Source: a virus (Duplodnaviria > Caudoviricetes). Taken from it: 64,000 bases of DNA. The position numbers were made by a program, and so were the translations under genes. Below, piece after piece: positions 28,522 to 39,433 of this stretch (position 1 is its first letter; the number at the start of each line of letters is the position of its first letter). The DNA is taken from the IMG/VR virus record IMGVR_UViG_3300021431_000112, positions 1 through 64,000 of that record. One strand, 5' to 3'. Below the pieces are notes generated by a model. The model did no database searches, was not told the DNA's origin, and saw only the letters and a program-made list of their open reading frames with translations.

Positions 28522-28547
28522 ATACTATACAAATGGAGTTTTGAATC

Positions 28548-29393
28548 ATGGAGAATAGACAATCGCAATTCATTGAAAAAATTACTAAAATCTTTACCAA
28601 CACAGGATTCGGTGTTGAAAAGTTTGATGAAGGAACCTTTGATGTAATTGACAGGTCCATAATTGGTAAAGTAAAGATTGGTTCAATTAAGACATTGGAT
28701 AATGGCGACATCTCAATCAAGTTGGGTGGCGATACAAAGAAGCGTGGTAAATTCCATCAGTTGATGAAGACCACTTCGTTCAAAGCCAAGCCAACATACA
28801 ATGTTGCTACTGTAGCCAAGATCGTTAAAGGTATGCTTGACGATTATAAGAAGGCAAAGAAGGAAGTTTACAAAGAATCTTATCAGCAATATACTGTTCC
28901 TACTGAAATCACTAGGGATGGTCTAGAAAATGCCATAGATTCCTATTTGACCAAGGTGGCCTTGTTGAAGGAAAAACATTCTGATGTAGAAGAAAACTAT
29001 GCGGATCTATTGACCTTCGTTGCTGACAAGTTGTCTTTGACAGAAGATGCTTGTGAGGCCAAATTTGGTGATGTTCTTGACTTGACATTGAACTATGACG
29101 AATCTAGATTCAACAAAGCAATGGATATTCTATTTGAAGAAACAGAATTGAAATCTGATTTTAGAAAATTCCTTCAAGAGAATAAGGAAGTTGACTTGAT
29201 GGTCGAAATCAAGAATGACAGAGCATTGAAGGCACTAAGGAATACTGACTATTATAAGAATTTGGATGAAGATGACAAATATCGCAAGTTGTGGAAATAC
29301 ATTGTAGGCACACATGGTTCAAAGTTTTCAATGAGCGAAGACTTGGAAGATATTTGTAGAACCTTGGCTCATGAAGATGACGAAAATTTTTAA
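28548..29393 (+). CDS. Hypothetical late protein (possible head core component)
   Basis: 281 aa; TATAAATA at 28517-28524; several [ILF]-x-E motifs. Confidence 0.6.
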   Translation: MENRQSQFIEKITKIFTNTGFGVEKFDEGTFDVIDRSIIGKVKIGSIKTLDNGDISIKLGGDTKKRGKFHQLMKTTSFKAKPTYNVATVAKIVKGMLDDYKKAKKEVYKESYQQYTVPTEITRDGLENAIDSYLTKVALLKEKHSDVEENYADLLTFVADKLSLTEDACEAKFGDVLDLTLNYDESRFNKAMDILFEETELKSDFRKFLQENKEVDLMVEIKNDRALKALRNTDYYKNLDEDDKYRKLWKYIVGTHGSKFSMSEDLEDICRTLAHEDDENF

Positions 29394-29407
29394 TTAAGGA
29401 GAAAACA

Positions 29408-29791
29408 ATGGATTTTAAGAATTATTATCACAACAAGTTGAACGAAGAAGGTGTAACAATGGATGGATTGGATGCTGATGCTCCTCGTCCACAACCTGTT
29501 CCTGCTCCTGCCCAGACTGGTTCTGCAGGAATGTTCATGTCCTATGTAGCTGGTAAGTCAATGAAGGAAGGACTTAGCAAGTTGGGTGTTGACATCGGTA
29601 AAAGTATTGTGGAATATGCCACAAAGCAGTTGGTACAACCCACTGACTTCAAATCTGAAGATGATTATTTGAAGTACTGTAAGGACATTCGTGATGGTGT
29701 AGAAGAAAAATACAACAAGACATTGGTTGACCTTCTTACACAGGTTGGGATCTTCATTGACAACAAAGTACATACCCAATCTACTAAGTAA
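29408..29791 (+). CDS. Hypothetical late protein with an N-terminal F..YY...LNE leader
   Basis: MDFKNYYHNKLNEEG; AAGGAG RBS. Confidence 0.65.
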   Translation: MDFKNYYHNKLNEEGVTMDGLDADAPRPQPVPAPAQTGSAGMFMSYVAGKSMKEGLSKLGVDIGKSIVEYATKQLVQPTDFKSEDDYLKYCKDIRDGVEEKYNKTLVDLLTQVGIFIDNKVHTQSTK

Positions 29792-29856
29792 GTTCAATTA
29801 TGAAATAAATTTTATGGAAAGTCCCCCTATATAATGGGGATTTTTCTATTTTTGGT

Positions 29857-30453
29857 ATGATTATGGAAAGAAGTGAAATAATTAACAAATATATAAGCAA
29901 ATATAATTTATCTTCATATCTTGAAATTGGAACTAGGAATAAAGAACATAATTTTAATTTAATTAAATGTAGAGAAAAATTGTGTATTGACCCAGATCCA
30001 AATGCTGTAGCTGATTTAGTGATTACATCTGATGAATTTTTCAAGATAAACAATAAGAAATTTGATTTTATATTTGTTGATGGTCTTCATGAAGCCCACC
30101 AAGTCTATAGAGATATAAAGAATGGACTTAAAGTATTGAATCCAAGTGGAATTATAATGTGCCATGACTGTAATCCTCAAAAAATAGAAGAAAATAAAGA
30201 CTTTGAAGAATATGAAGGAACAGAAATTTGGAACGGTGATTGCTGGAAAGCATTTGTAAAATATAGGTATGAAAGTAAATACAAATGTTATGTATTGAAT
30301 CATGATTCTGGATGTGGTATAATAGACACTAATATACCTACAGAATTAACAGAAGAAATTGTATTCCATATAAATGAAATGTGTTTTCCCATGTTGAATG
30401 AATATAGAAATAAGTGGCTCAATTTAACCGATGATTTTTTATTTGAATCATAA
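29857..30453 (+). CDS. Class I SAM-dependent methyltransferase (Methyltransf_24-like)
   Basis: SYLEIG, FDFIFVDGLHE, GIIMCHDC. Confidence 0.8.
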   Translation: MIMERSEIINKYISKYNLSSYLEIGTRNKEHNFNLIKCREKLCIDPDPNAVADLVITSDEFFKINNKKFDFIFVDGLHEAHQVYRDIKNGLKVLNPSGIIMCHDCNPQKIEENKDFEEYEGTEIWNGDCWKAFVKYRYESKYKCYVLNHDSGCGIIDTNIPTELTEEIVFHINEMCFPMLNEYRNKWLNLTDDFLFES

Positions 30454-30461
30454 ATATAATA

Positions 30462-30947
30462 ATGAGAATGAATAAGAAGATTAAAACGATATATTGTGAT
30501 TTGGACGGAGTATTGACCGATTTTCGTGGTGCTTGCCAGGAAATTGATGCCATTGAGCATTACAAAGTAGATTGGGAAAAAGTCCATGCAGCAGGAATAG
30601 ACTTTTGGGCTAATATGCCTTGGACTAAAGAAGGTGAAAGATTCTATAAATGGCTTGAAAAGTTCTGTGACGAAGAAGGAATTGACCTTTGTATTCTATC
30701 TCAAGTAAATTATAGCGATGGTGTAAATGGTAAGATTGAATGGTTAATGTCCAATACCAAAATCCCAAACAAGAACATCTATATCGTTAAGAACGGCAAA
30801 TCAAAAGCCAAGTTTGCAAATGATTCTAGTCTTTTGATTGACGATTTTGGTAAGAATATAGAAGCATTCGTATTGGCTGGTGGTTTGGGCATAAAGTTTG
30901 AAAGTCCAGGCCAATGTAGACAAGCAATATTTGATTTGCTAGGTTGA
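30462..30947 (+). CDS. HAD-superfamily 5'(3')-deoxyribonucleotidase-like protein (paralog of 1638)
   Basis: IYCDLDGVLTDF, LLIDDFGKN. Confidence 0.85.
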   Translation: MRMNKKIKTIYCDLDGVLTDFRGACQEIDAIEHYKVDWEKVHAAGIDFWANMPWTKEGERFYKWLEKFCDEEGIDLCILSQVNYSDGVNGKIEWLMSNTKIPNKNIYIVKNGKSKAKFANDSSLLIDDFGKNIEAFVLAGGLGIKFESPGQCRQAIFDLLG

Positions 30948-31026
30948 TTTTTTTCATAATAACTTTAACTGCTTTTTCGTAATGGAAAGCAGTTTTTCTT
31001 GTTATAAATATATTTGAGGTTTTATA

Positions 31027-31644
31027 ATGGAAGAAGAAAATACCGCAACAAGTGCTCACTTAGATTCATTCATGCATGTGTATGACAATGGAACAACAGC
31101 TAGATTATATGTCTCTCCTTGGGATAGAAATACTGTTGCTGATGGTTATTGGCAGACAGTCAATACCATTCAACCATTGATTAACAGAGATGTCTATTTG
31201 GCAGACTGTATAGACAAGTTGGCAGAGAAATATACTGTTTATACAGAAGGTGAAGGAATTAAGATTACAGAAAATCAAGAGCCAAAAGGAACATCTAGCA
31301 TTGGATTGTCTCCTGACTATTACAAGAAAGTTCCAAAATATGAGTTCAATACAGATTATTTTGTGGTTGAAACTAATCCAGACACGAATGAAACAAAAAT
31401 TGGATTAAAATTGGATCCTAATAGCGGTGAAGGTTATATCTCTGCTGATGAAAATGGTATATTTGCTAATTTGGATTATATGATGTCTTCTACTTCTGCT
31501 GTAACAAGTCATTCTGCTTATTCAGCAAATTATGTTTCTGCTTGGACATATACTTATAATACTGCTGCATTGACTGTTGAATATGTTACTATGCTACCTG
31601 AAGACATATTGGAATCTGAAAATAAATTATATATCGTAGGTTAA
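31027..31644 (+). CDS. Putative tail/baseplate-associated structural protein
   Basis: Late promoter at 31003; QPLINRDVYLADCID shared with 31651 (DFRDYFLANMID). Confidence 0.55.
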   Translation: MEEENTATSAHLDSFMHVYDNGTTARLYVSPWDRNTVADGYWQTVNTIQPLINRDVYLADCIDKLAEKYTVYTEGEGIKITENQEPKGTSSIGLSPDYYKKVPKYEFNTDYFVVETNPDTNETKIGLKLDPNSGEGYISADENGIFANLDYMMSSTSAVTSHSAYSANYVSAWTYTYNTAALTVEYVTMLPEDILESENKLYIVG

Positions 31645-31650
31645 TACAAG

Positions 31651-32481
31651 ATGGATGCTAAAGTCAAATACCATTTATACGAGACTGCACATTCTGGCAT
31701 AATACCAGAACAAACAGTCAATCTAGTACCAAAAACATGGACTACTAGAACAGTTACAGATGGTGTATGGATGACCAGTGCAACATTGTCTGCTTTAGAT
31801 TTTCGTGATTATTTCCTAGCCAACATGATTGATGCTGTTGATGAAGACAAGAAAAATCATTATGTTGGTAAAGATGGTATAGTAATTGACCACGAAAAAA
31901 GAACTATCTCTTATGACCCAATTGATGGAAAATATGTATTTGATAATAATTCTGCAATGTGGTGTGAACCAAATAACAAATTTGTCTATACGAAACTTAA
32001 TGAAGATCAAGACAATAGAATTAAATTGGTTAGTGGTTATATCAACTATGAATTGACACCTGGTGTTAAATATATAACAGCAACAGTTGATTCAAGTATA
32101 TCTTCAATAATAGGCTTTAGTGGCGGTATATCTTCTTTTCCAACAGATGTTAATGTAGTGTATGTAACAAATGCCAAATTATATAAGAATAATATAACAG
32201 CAATGTCTGCAGGAGAAACGAGTGCCGAACCATATAAAAATGAAGGATCTGGAAGTAAATGGGTAGTTACTGGTGATTCAATAAAAGATGGATATAGAGA
32301 GTATTGGTCTGCTACTACAGAATCTGCTACATTATATACAGATGGAACAAGTAGTATTTCATCTTCAAATATATTCGACCCAACTGATAGAACAAATTAT
32401 TCTGGTGGTTTTATAGGTGGACCTAATTTTATAAGTGGTGATGTTGATATGGTCCCTAGCGGTGTTTTATTCATATATTAA
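31651..32481 (+). CDS. Putative tail/baseplate-associated structural protein, paralogous ends with 31027
   Basis: S/T-rich; C-terminus MVPSGVLFIY parallels MLPEDILESENKLYIVG. Confidence 0.55.
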   Translation: MDAKVKYHLYETAHSGIIPEQTVNLVPKTWTTRTVTDGVWMTSATLSALDFRDYFLANMIDAVDEDKKNHYVGKDGIVIDHEKRTISYDPIDGKYVFDNNSAMWCEPNNKFVYTKLNEDQDNRIKLVSGYINYELTPGVKYITATVDSSISSIIGFSGGISSFPTDVNVVYVTNAKLYKNNITAMSAGETSAEPYKNEGSGSKWVVTGDSIKDGYREYWSATTESATLYTDGTSSISSSNIFDPTDRTNYSGGFIGGPNFISGDVDMVPSGVLFIY

Positions 32482-32493
32482 AAAAAGGTTTAT

Positions 32494-34770
32494 ATGAGTT
32501 ATTATTATAGAGATATAAATGGTGTAGAACATACTGATAAAGAAAATTCATTTACTAAAGCATATGAATACAACTATTTTCCATTTATGGAAGGCCCATT
32601 GTATGCTAATACAAATACTAATTATACACCAATTATAGCATTGAAAGATGGTTCTAAACCAGTATATACTTATAATTTTATTGCTAGACATGGTGGTATG
32701 CCAAATAATAATGAGCCATTTTCACATGTTTATATGGCAACTACTACATTCAAAAGTAAAAATAACCAATATGATTTATCGGTAAGTAGTATTAATAATG
32801 TTGCCCAATTATTTCACTGGACTAAATGTAATAATATAAGTATAAAAGAATTATATAAAAATAATGAGCCAATAATTAATTATGTTGATAGAACTAAAGG
32901 AAATATGTTATCTTGGACATTGAAAAATGAAGATAACTGGTGTTTTTCTGCTTATAATTATCAAATAAATGGTCCTTTTCCATATGCAGGAAAAGATAAC
33001 AAATGTCTTAAAATAGGTGATGAATGGGATAATACTACTAATTCAGCAACACATGGCCCATTTTCTAGTAATGTATTAACACGAAATGCCGAATCATTAT
33101 TAAATATAGTAAGATTTTCACCAGATAAACAAAATGACATGTTCAATTATACAGAAACCATAAAAAATTATGAAGGTGATTATATAATGTCTTACTATAC
33201 ATTGGATATAGATGAGATTAAAAATATAAGAAAAAATAAATTAAAATTAAATTATTTTTATACTATTCTATTTGATGGTCAGTATGATTCTACATCAACA
33301 GTTACTAGTATATCTGCACCATCTAATTTATCTGCTAATTGGGAATCTAATTTTACTAATACAAATAATAAATCACCTTTTTCATTCAACTATTATATAT
33401 CTGACGAATCTGCATGGAATAGATATGGTACAGCACCAACACCGCCATATAGTATAGGACATAATTTGACTTCTACATATGGTAATACTACAGCTACAGA
33501 TAAACATGAATGGAAATATATATCAAGATTTAAAAATACACCATTAGATGAATGGAATGTAGATACAATTAAAAATTTTTATGTAGGTAATGTTAATAAG
33601 CAAAATCAAATTGCATATTCAAAATTTACAAATTTTAAAGGGGCATTTTATACATTTGGTACATTTACTGCAATTGGAAATTGGATTCCAGATGTATCTG
33701 CAGAATATCAACAAGGTAGTTTAGTTAAATATGACAATAAAACTTATATAGCTAACTGGAACATCAATACATATACAGCTGTAGTCCCAACAGCAAGAAA
33801 AATGAATTCTGCAATACCAAGTAAATTTGATGATAAAGAAGATCCAAGTCAAATGTGGATTAAAGTAGATATAGAAGAACAAAATCTAGATTATTCAGCA
33901 TATTTTGGTAACAGTGACAGTGGCCATTATTTGAGTGCTAATGTTGATTTTTGGAAAGATTATTCTGCAAACATTATACCTTATGTACAGACACTAAATG
34001 CGAATTGCTATTACGATAGAAGACATAATATGCAAAATACAATTTTTAGTTTAACGAGTTATCCTTCTTATAGAAGTTATCAATCTAATTCTGCTGAAGA
34101 TGTGTATAATTTAAAAAATAGAATCTGGTCAGAAAATATAGAAAGGTATTTTAATGATTTTACTTTATATACTAAAGATACTGATATTGTATCGTATGAT
34201 TGGACAAATTATACATTTAAATATAATTATTCAGGTGCTTATGGTGATGCAGTAAGAAATTGTATATGTTTTACAGTGTGTGGAACACAAGGTAATCAAT
34301 ATACAGCATATTTGTATGTTGATAACAATGGTACTACTGTTGATATAGGAAACATTGAAGAATTATTTAATAATAATAGTTATGTAACATCTAGTAGACC
34401 TGAAACTTGGAATAGAAATACAAGTTATCAACAAGGAACAATAGTTAATTATAATGGTAAACTATATCAAGCAACAGTAGATGTAATAGACAGAGATATA
34501 AATGATACCATTTGGAATTCATCAGGATATTCTGTTTTTGGTATAGAAAACGATATAACAAATCCATTATATTCATTTAAATTATATAAAAATTATTTTT
34601 GTATTGGTAGTGCTACACATACTATAGATTTAACTAATGAAACTGCAAAATATATACACATTGCTTTTCCTGTGACACCCACATTAAATAGTGGTTTATA
34701 TGATACTTATAATGGTACTGCAAAAACTTGGATTACTGATTTAAAAATGTCATATGAAGCAATAGATTAA
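32494..34770 (+). CDS. Large N/Y/T-rich putative receptor-binding protein with two CBM5/12-like motifs
   Basis: WIPDVSAEYQQGSLVKYDNKTYIA and WNRNTSYQQGTIVNYNGKLYQA. Confidence 0.6.
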   Translation: MSYYYRDINGVEHTDKENSFTKAYEYNYFPFMEGPLYANTNTNYTPIIALKDGSKPVYTYNFIARHGGMPNNNEPFSHVYMATTTFKSKNNQYDLSVSSINNVAQLFHWTKCNNISIKELYKNNEPIINYVDRTKGNMLSWTLKNEDNWCFSAYNYQINGPFPYAGKDNKCLKIGDEWDNTTNSATHGPFSSNVLTRNAESLLNIVRFSPDKQNDMFNYTETIKNYEGDYIMSYYTLDIDEIKNIRKNKLKLNYFYTILFDGQYDSTSTVTSISAPSNLSANWESNFTNTNNKSPFSFNYYISDESAWNRYGTAPTPPYSIGHNLTSTYGNTTATDKHEWKYISRFKNTPLDEWNVDTIKNFYVGNVNKQNQIAYSKFTNFKGAFYTFGTFTAIGNWIPDVSAEYQQGSLVKYDNKTYIANWNINTYTAVVPTARKMNSAIPSKFDDKEDPSQMWIKVDIEEQNLDYSAYFGNSDSGHYLSANVDFWKDYSANIIPYVQTLNANCYYDRRHNMQNTIFSLTSYPSYRSYQSNSAEDVYNLKNRIWSENIERYFNDFTLYTKDTDIVSYDWTNYTFKYNYSGAYGDAVRNCICFTVCGTQGNQYTAYLYVDNNGTTVDIGNIEELFNNNSYVTSSRPETWNRNTSYQQGTIVNYNGKLYQATVDVIDRDINDTIWNSSGYSVFGIENDITNPLYSFKLYKNYFCIGSATHTIDLTNETAKYIHIAFPVTPTLNSGLYDTYNGTAKTWITDLKMSYEAID

Positions 34771-34793
34771 ATTAATGCACAATAACACATAAA

Positions 34794-34825
34794 ACCCTAT
34801 TCCACCAAGAATAGGGTATCTTTTT
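34794..34825 (+). terminator. Intrinsic terminator
   Basis: ACCCTATTC/GAATAGGGT stem with a downstream T-tract. Confidence 0.65.
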
Positions 34826-34921
34826 AAGATCAAAAAAGTAATAAATAGTATGATGTATTATTTTTATAGTGCTGTGAGTGAGTTTATTATTAAAGTTTAA
34901 CATTTATAGGAGTATAAACAT

Positions 34922-37900
34922 ATGGCAAAATACACATATCCTGGTATATTTTTCCAAGAAAAGGACAATACCATACGTTCCAATTCATTTCCTGGATTGG
35001 GAATTGGTGCTATAGTCATGAAGTCCAATAAGGGTCCTGTAAACCAGAGGGTCCTTACTACTTCATATGACAATTTTACAGAAATTTATGGTCAACCTGA
35101 GAATCTAGACGATTACGGCCATTTTGCTGCCGAGAACTATCTAGCAATCTCTAACCAGCTTTTGACTGTTAGAACCACAATGGGTGACGAAGGCTATGCC
35201 CAAGTCCAATATCCATATAGCGATGCAGACATTAAGGATGTCTATCGTTCAAAAGATACTGCAGAATTCAAGTTCATTGACAATGAAGACAACGCAAATC
35301 TTAAGTTGTTGGGTAACTTGAACGATGTTACACAGGTATCTGCTATATCTGGTCAAACTGGTAAGGAAGAATGGATTGTAAACCCAACTCTATCTTCTTT
35401 CCGGTGTATATCAGAGAGCTGGTTTTGGTACAATCGTTGACTTGATTAACGATAATCCACCTTCTGTTGCTGTGTTCAAGAATGTAGGAGATGAATCCAG
35501 TGACATTGATGCTGAAAACATCAAGAAAGACGAAGGTGTATATGTGGAATTTGCCACAAGCGTAAATGCCAAAGGTGCTGTTGGTAGATGGTTTGATGAC
35601 TTGATCTTCACAAATTCTGCTTGGGAAAACAAGGAATTGCCAGTATCTTCAATTCAAGTATTTAAGACAAATGCTTTGATGTATGCTGATACAGCCACAA
35701 GTGGTATTTTGAGTGGTTATAAGACTGTATTTAGTATTCCTGCTGAAGATACATTGAATGGTGTAGGGACTACATTGACTGCTTATTATGACTCAAAATT
35801 TGCTGATACAATTGACTACAATGTTTCTGGCTCTCTCAGTTCCATTTCTTATAAGGAATTGATGAATGGAGATAATTTCTATAATCCTTCCGGCGCTGAA
35901 TTGGTTAAACCTTCTGCTAAAGCATGGAAAATCCAGTTCCGTGATTGGGATGACTGTGTAAACAAGACATACTATACATTGGCTGACGATTTCAAGAATA
36001 CTGTTGGCCAGGCTGTTGGTATTCAATACCGTGAATTTGGTATGAATACACTTCAAGAAGCAATGGCTGCAAAATACAACAATGAATTGTTGGATGAGCC
36101 ATTTGATGTCAAATTTACACCCATTACAGATCTCATTACTGACAAAGAAGGAAATCAAACTACATCTGGTTTTGATTTGGTAAATGAATTGGCAGATTCC
36201 TATGGATGCGACCCATCTGAACTATTGACAGACAATAAGTATGGAAATAAGTATGGATTGCTTGAATACTATGATGTATGGGAAGGCATTCAGTTTGAAT
36301 ATGACGAAGATAACAATCCTGTCAAGATTCTCAATGAACCAGTAAGAAAGGTAATATACAAGACTGACTGGGATGCATTTACTGCAAAACATAATCTTAA
36401 AAAATATGACGAAAAGTTGTTCTGGACTGTTGCTGAGAAAGATGCCAAGACACCAACAACCATGTCTGTCTACACATCTGACGAACCAAACCCAGTTGTA
36501 ATTCCTTGGCAAGAAGGAATGGTCAATGATTCTGGTGAACCAGTCAACAAACTTGCTGCATTTGCTACATCCGAAATTCTCAATGGTGTAAACGAGAGAT
36601 ATAAGGATGGTTATACAGTTTCCATTGAATCTGACGATGAACCTGGTAATGGTGACGTTGAACAGTATGTTTCCAATAGAGCCAACCAGTTGATTATCAC
36701 TTCAATTGGTCCTGGTGAATATGGTAATGACATTGGTGTGTCAATCATTACTACCGAATGTGCTGACATTCCTGCTCTCAACCATCAGAATGCTTTCAAC
36801 TGGAAGTATCGTTATGATGACGAAGACAAGGTAGATAGTGATGAACAAATCGTACAAGACAACTTGACTTGGAAAAAGGTCTATCGTATCAATGTGTATG
36901 TAAAGCCAAAGGCCCAGACTGCTTCTGCTGCTTGGGGTACTGGTATGGATGCATTGTTGAAAGATCCTGCTGAATCATGGTATGTTTCAAATGACCCAAC
37001 AGCTAAGGATGCTGAAGGTAATTCCTTGTTCGCACCAAATGTAATCAATGGTCACTCTGAATACATCTATGTCTCCCGTAATTCAGTAAATGAAGCTAGA
37101 ACTGGGGCTGGTACTTATGCTCAGCCACATCAGACCTATGCCATCTATGGATTGACTGGTGGCTCCAATTCAAAGAAGAACAATGTGACTGAAAAGATTG
37201 CTGGCTTGAAGCTCTACACAGATAGACAGAAAGCAGACTTTGACATCTTGTTCAATGTGGAAGCCATTGATACCTTCAATGGTAAGCAAAGATACTCTGC
37301 ACTACAACGCCGCATTGCTGAGATTGCTGCTTCTAGAACCATTGACATTGGTGTAGTCCAAGTCACTTCAAGAGAAGCAAAATCTGTAAAGAGAATGCTT
37401 GGTGAAGCCAAAATGTTCTCCTTCAACAATGGTACTTATGTTGCTGAATATGCTGGATATGACAAGTATTATAATGGCACACTTGCATCTTGGATTTACT
37501 TACCCAAGTCTGTAGCTGGTGCTTGCCGTATGGCATACTGTGACATGGTAAGTTATCCTTGGATGGCACCTGCTGGTGTTCAGCGTGGTAACATTACATA
37601 CACCAACGGTCCACTCACTCGCTTGACCGATGTAGAAATTGGTCAGTTGTATGACATCAACGTCAATACTTCTAGAGATTGTGCTGGATTTGGTGAATGT
37701 CTATATGGTCAAAAGACTGCATTGAAGAAAGAATCTGCATTGAATCGTATCAATGTTCGTAGATGTTTGAACTACATTGAAAAGGTTCTTGAACAAATGA
37801 TGTTGCCTTACTTGTTCCAGCAGAATACTGCCAATACAAGAAGTGCTGCAAGAAACTCTATTGATGCTTTCTTGAATCGTGTTCAAGCTGCCGATGGTGT

Positions 37901-38054
37901 AGAAACATATAGTCTTTCTGTTACACAAGATCCCGAAGATCCACATATTCTCAATGTGAACATTCGTATTGTTCCTGCTGAGGCTATTGAAGCTATCTTC
38001 GTTACCATCAATGTGGATAGAAATACTGGTGTTACTACTACTGAAACAATGTAA
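34922..38054 (+). CDS. gp18: Tail sheath protein (T4 gp18-like), about 1043 aa, one C-GGT +1 site at 35402
   Basis: YTYPGIFFQEKD, KGPVNQ, PGEYGNDI, PWMAPAG, LYGQKT, LNRINVRR; skipping C35402 joins the two ORFs. Confidence 0.92.
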
Positions 38055-38075
38055 TTAACACAATAAATTAAAATA

Positions 38076-38114
38076 AAACCCAGGACAACATCCTGGGTTT
38101 TTTCCATATAAATA
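38076..38114 (+). terminator. Intrinsic terminator fused to a late promoter TATAAATA (38107-38114)
   Basis: AACCCAGGA/TCCTGGGTT stem plus T-tract. Confidence 0.75.
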
Positions 38115-38118
38115 GAAC

Positions 38119-38439
38119 ATGAATAAAAGAGAAATTAAAACAAGAACAAAAGCACTCTACAAATCTGTAGAAGATGTTTTCAAGAACACATCCACTTTGA
38201 ATTTGGCTTTGTACGAAAACTTGTTTGACGATAACTTCATAAAGATACTCGTATTGCTAATGGAATATTTCAAGTTGAAAAGAATTCCAAAACCTGTACT
38301 TGAAATCTGTATGGATTGTGATGAAATAGATGATGATGTCTACAATTCATTCTATAGCCATTGTCAGGAACTTTGGTTAAAGAAAGCCAATCAAGAAATC
38401 AAATATGCCATAAAAGAAATAGAACATATGAAGGACTAA
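38119..38439 (+). CDS. Hypothetical protein
   Basis: 106 aa after a late promoter. Confidence 0.6.
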   Translation: MNKREIKTRTKALYKSVEDVFKNTSTLNLALYENLFDDNFIKILVLLMEYFKLKRIPKPVLEICMDCDEIDDDVYNSFYSHCQELWLKKANQEIKYAIKEIEHMKD

Positions 38440-38446
38440 TCCAATA

Positions 38447-38975
38447 ATGTCAATGTTTAACAACAATTACTTACAAGGAAAATTCAGACCAAAACATCCT
38501 GAAAAATGTCTGAACTACAATGGAAAAGTTGAAGGACATGAAATAACATTTAGATCTTCATATGAAAAGATAATGGCTAACTGGCTTGACTTGAACAACA
38601 ACATTCTTGAATGGCGGATCAGAGATTATAGAGATTCCTTATTATTCAAACATTGACAACAAGCAACATCGCTATATTACTGATTTTGTATTTACTTGTA
38701 AGACCAGGAACAATACCATTGAGAAATGGTTAATTGAAGTAAAACCAGGAACACAAGTCCCAAAACTAGATGAATGTGGTCAAATAATCTTCCCAAAACT
38801 AGAACCAACAAAGAAGGGTAAGCTCAATAAGAATAGGATTGAGAGATGGCAAGAATACTGCAATGTCCTTAAAAAGAACAAGGAAAAATGGGATTATGCA
38901 CGTGATTGGTGCAGGAAGAACAATTACAAATTTAGAGTAGTGACAGAAGAAGAACTCGCTCTGAAATATAAATAA
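38447..38975 (+). CDS. gp4: Head completion nuclease (T4 gp4-like), about 175 aa, one C-GGA +1 site at 38615
   Basis: QGKFRPKHPEK, FRSSYE, reconstructed EWGSEIIEIPY, HRYITDF, LIEVKP. Confidence 0.88.
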
Positions 38976-39041
38976 TTTGTTGAACCTTTAAAGTGATTTT
39001 GATTCAAATAGTTTTCTTTTAAAGCAATTAGAGAGAACCTT

Positions 39042-39260
39042 ATGAACAAATATCAGAAACAAAGAAAATTCACGCTTGATTCCATATCTGCAATGATAGA
39101 ATATGCTGAATCAATCAACAAAGATAGGGAATCAATTGAATACCAATCAGCTTTGTCATCTTGGATGGAAAACAACTTCAATCTTTTCAAGGAAACTTGG
39201 GAACAAGAGAATGGCAAATTGGAGGACACAACATGTCCGATGAAGAATACGAAAAAATGA
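39042..39260 (+). CDS. Small hypothetical protein, degenerate paralog of 39233
   Basis: ALSSWMENNFNLFKETWEQEN parallels AVKDWIKKHAKEFRKKWEKEN. Confidence 0.55.
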   Translation: MNKYQKQRKFTLDSISAMIEYAESINKDRESIEYQSALSSWMENNFNLFKETWEQENGKLEDTTCPMKNTKK

Positions 39261-39433
39261 AACAGTTCATGACAGATCAAATCAAGGAAATTGAGATACA
39301 CAAATGGCTGGAATCTGAAAAGGCCAACCGTGACTTGGGTGAAGATGCTGTCAAGGACTGGATTAAAAAACATGCTAAAGAATTTAGAAAGAAATGGGAG
39401 AAAGAAAATGGGAAAGAGAACATTGACGATTAG
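39233..39433 (+). CDS. Small protein with a DUF4032-like HKWLESEK...DW motif
   Basis: GGAGG RBS, ATG at 39233; IEIHKWLESEKANRDLGEDAVKDW. Confidence 0.6.
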   Translation: MSDEEYEKMKQFMTDQIKEIEIHKWLESEKANRDLGEDAVKDWIKKHAKEFRKKWEKENGKENIDD

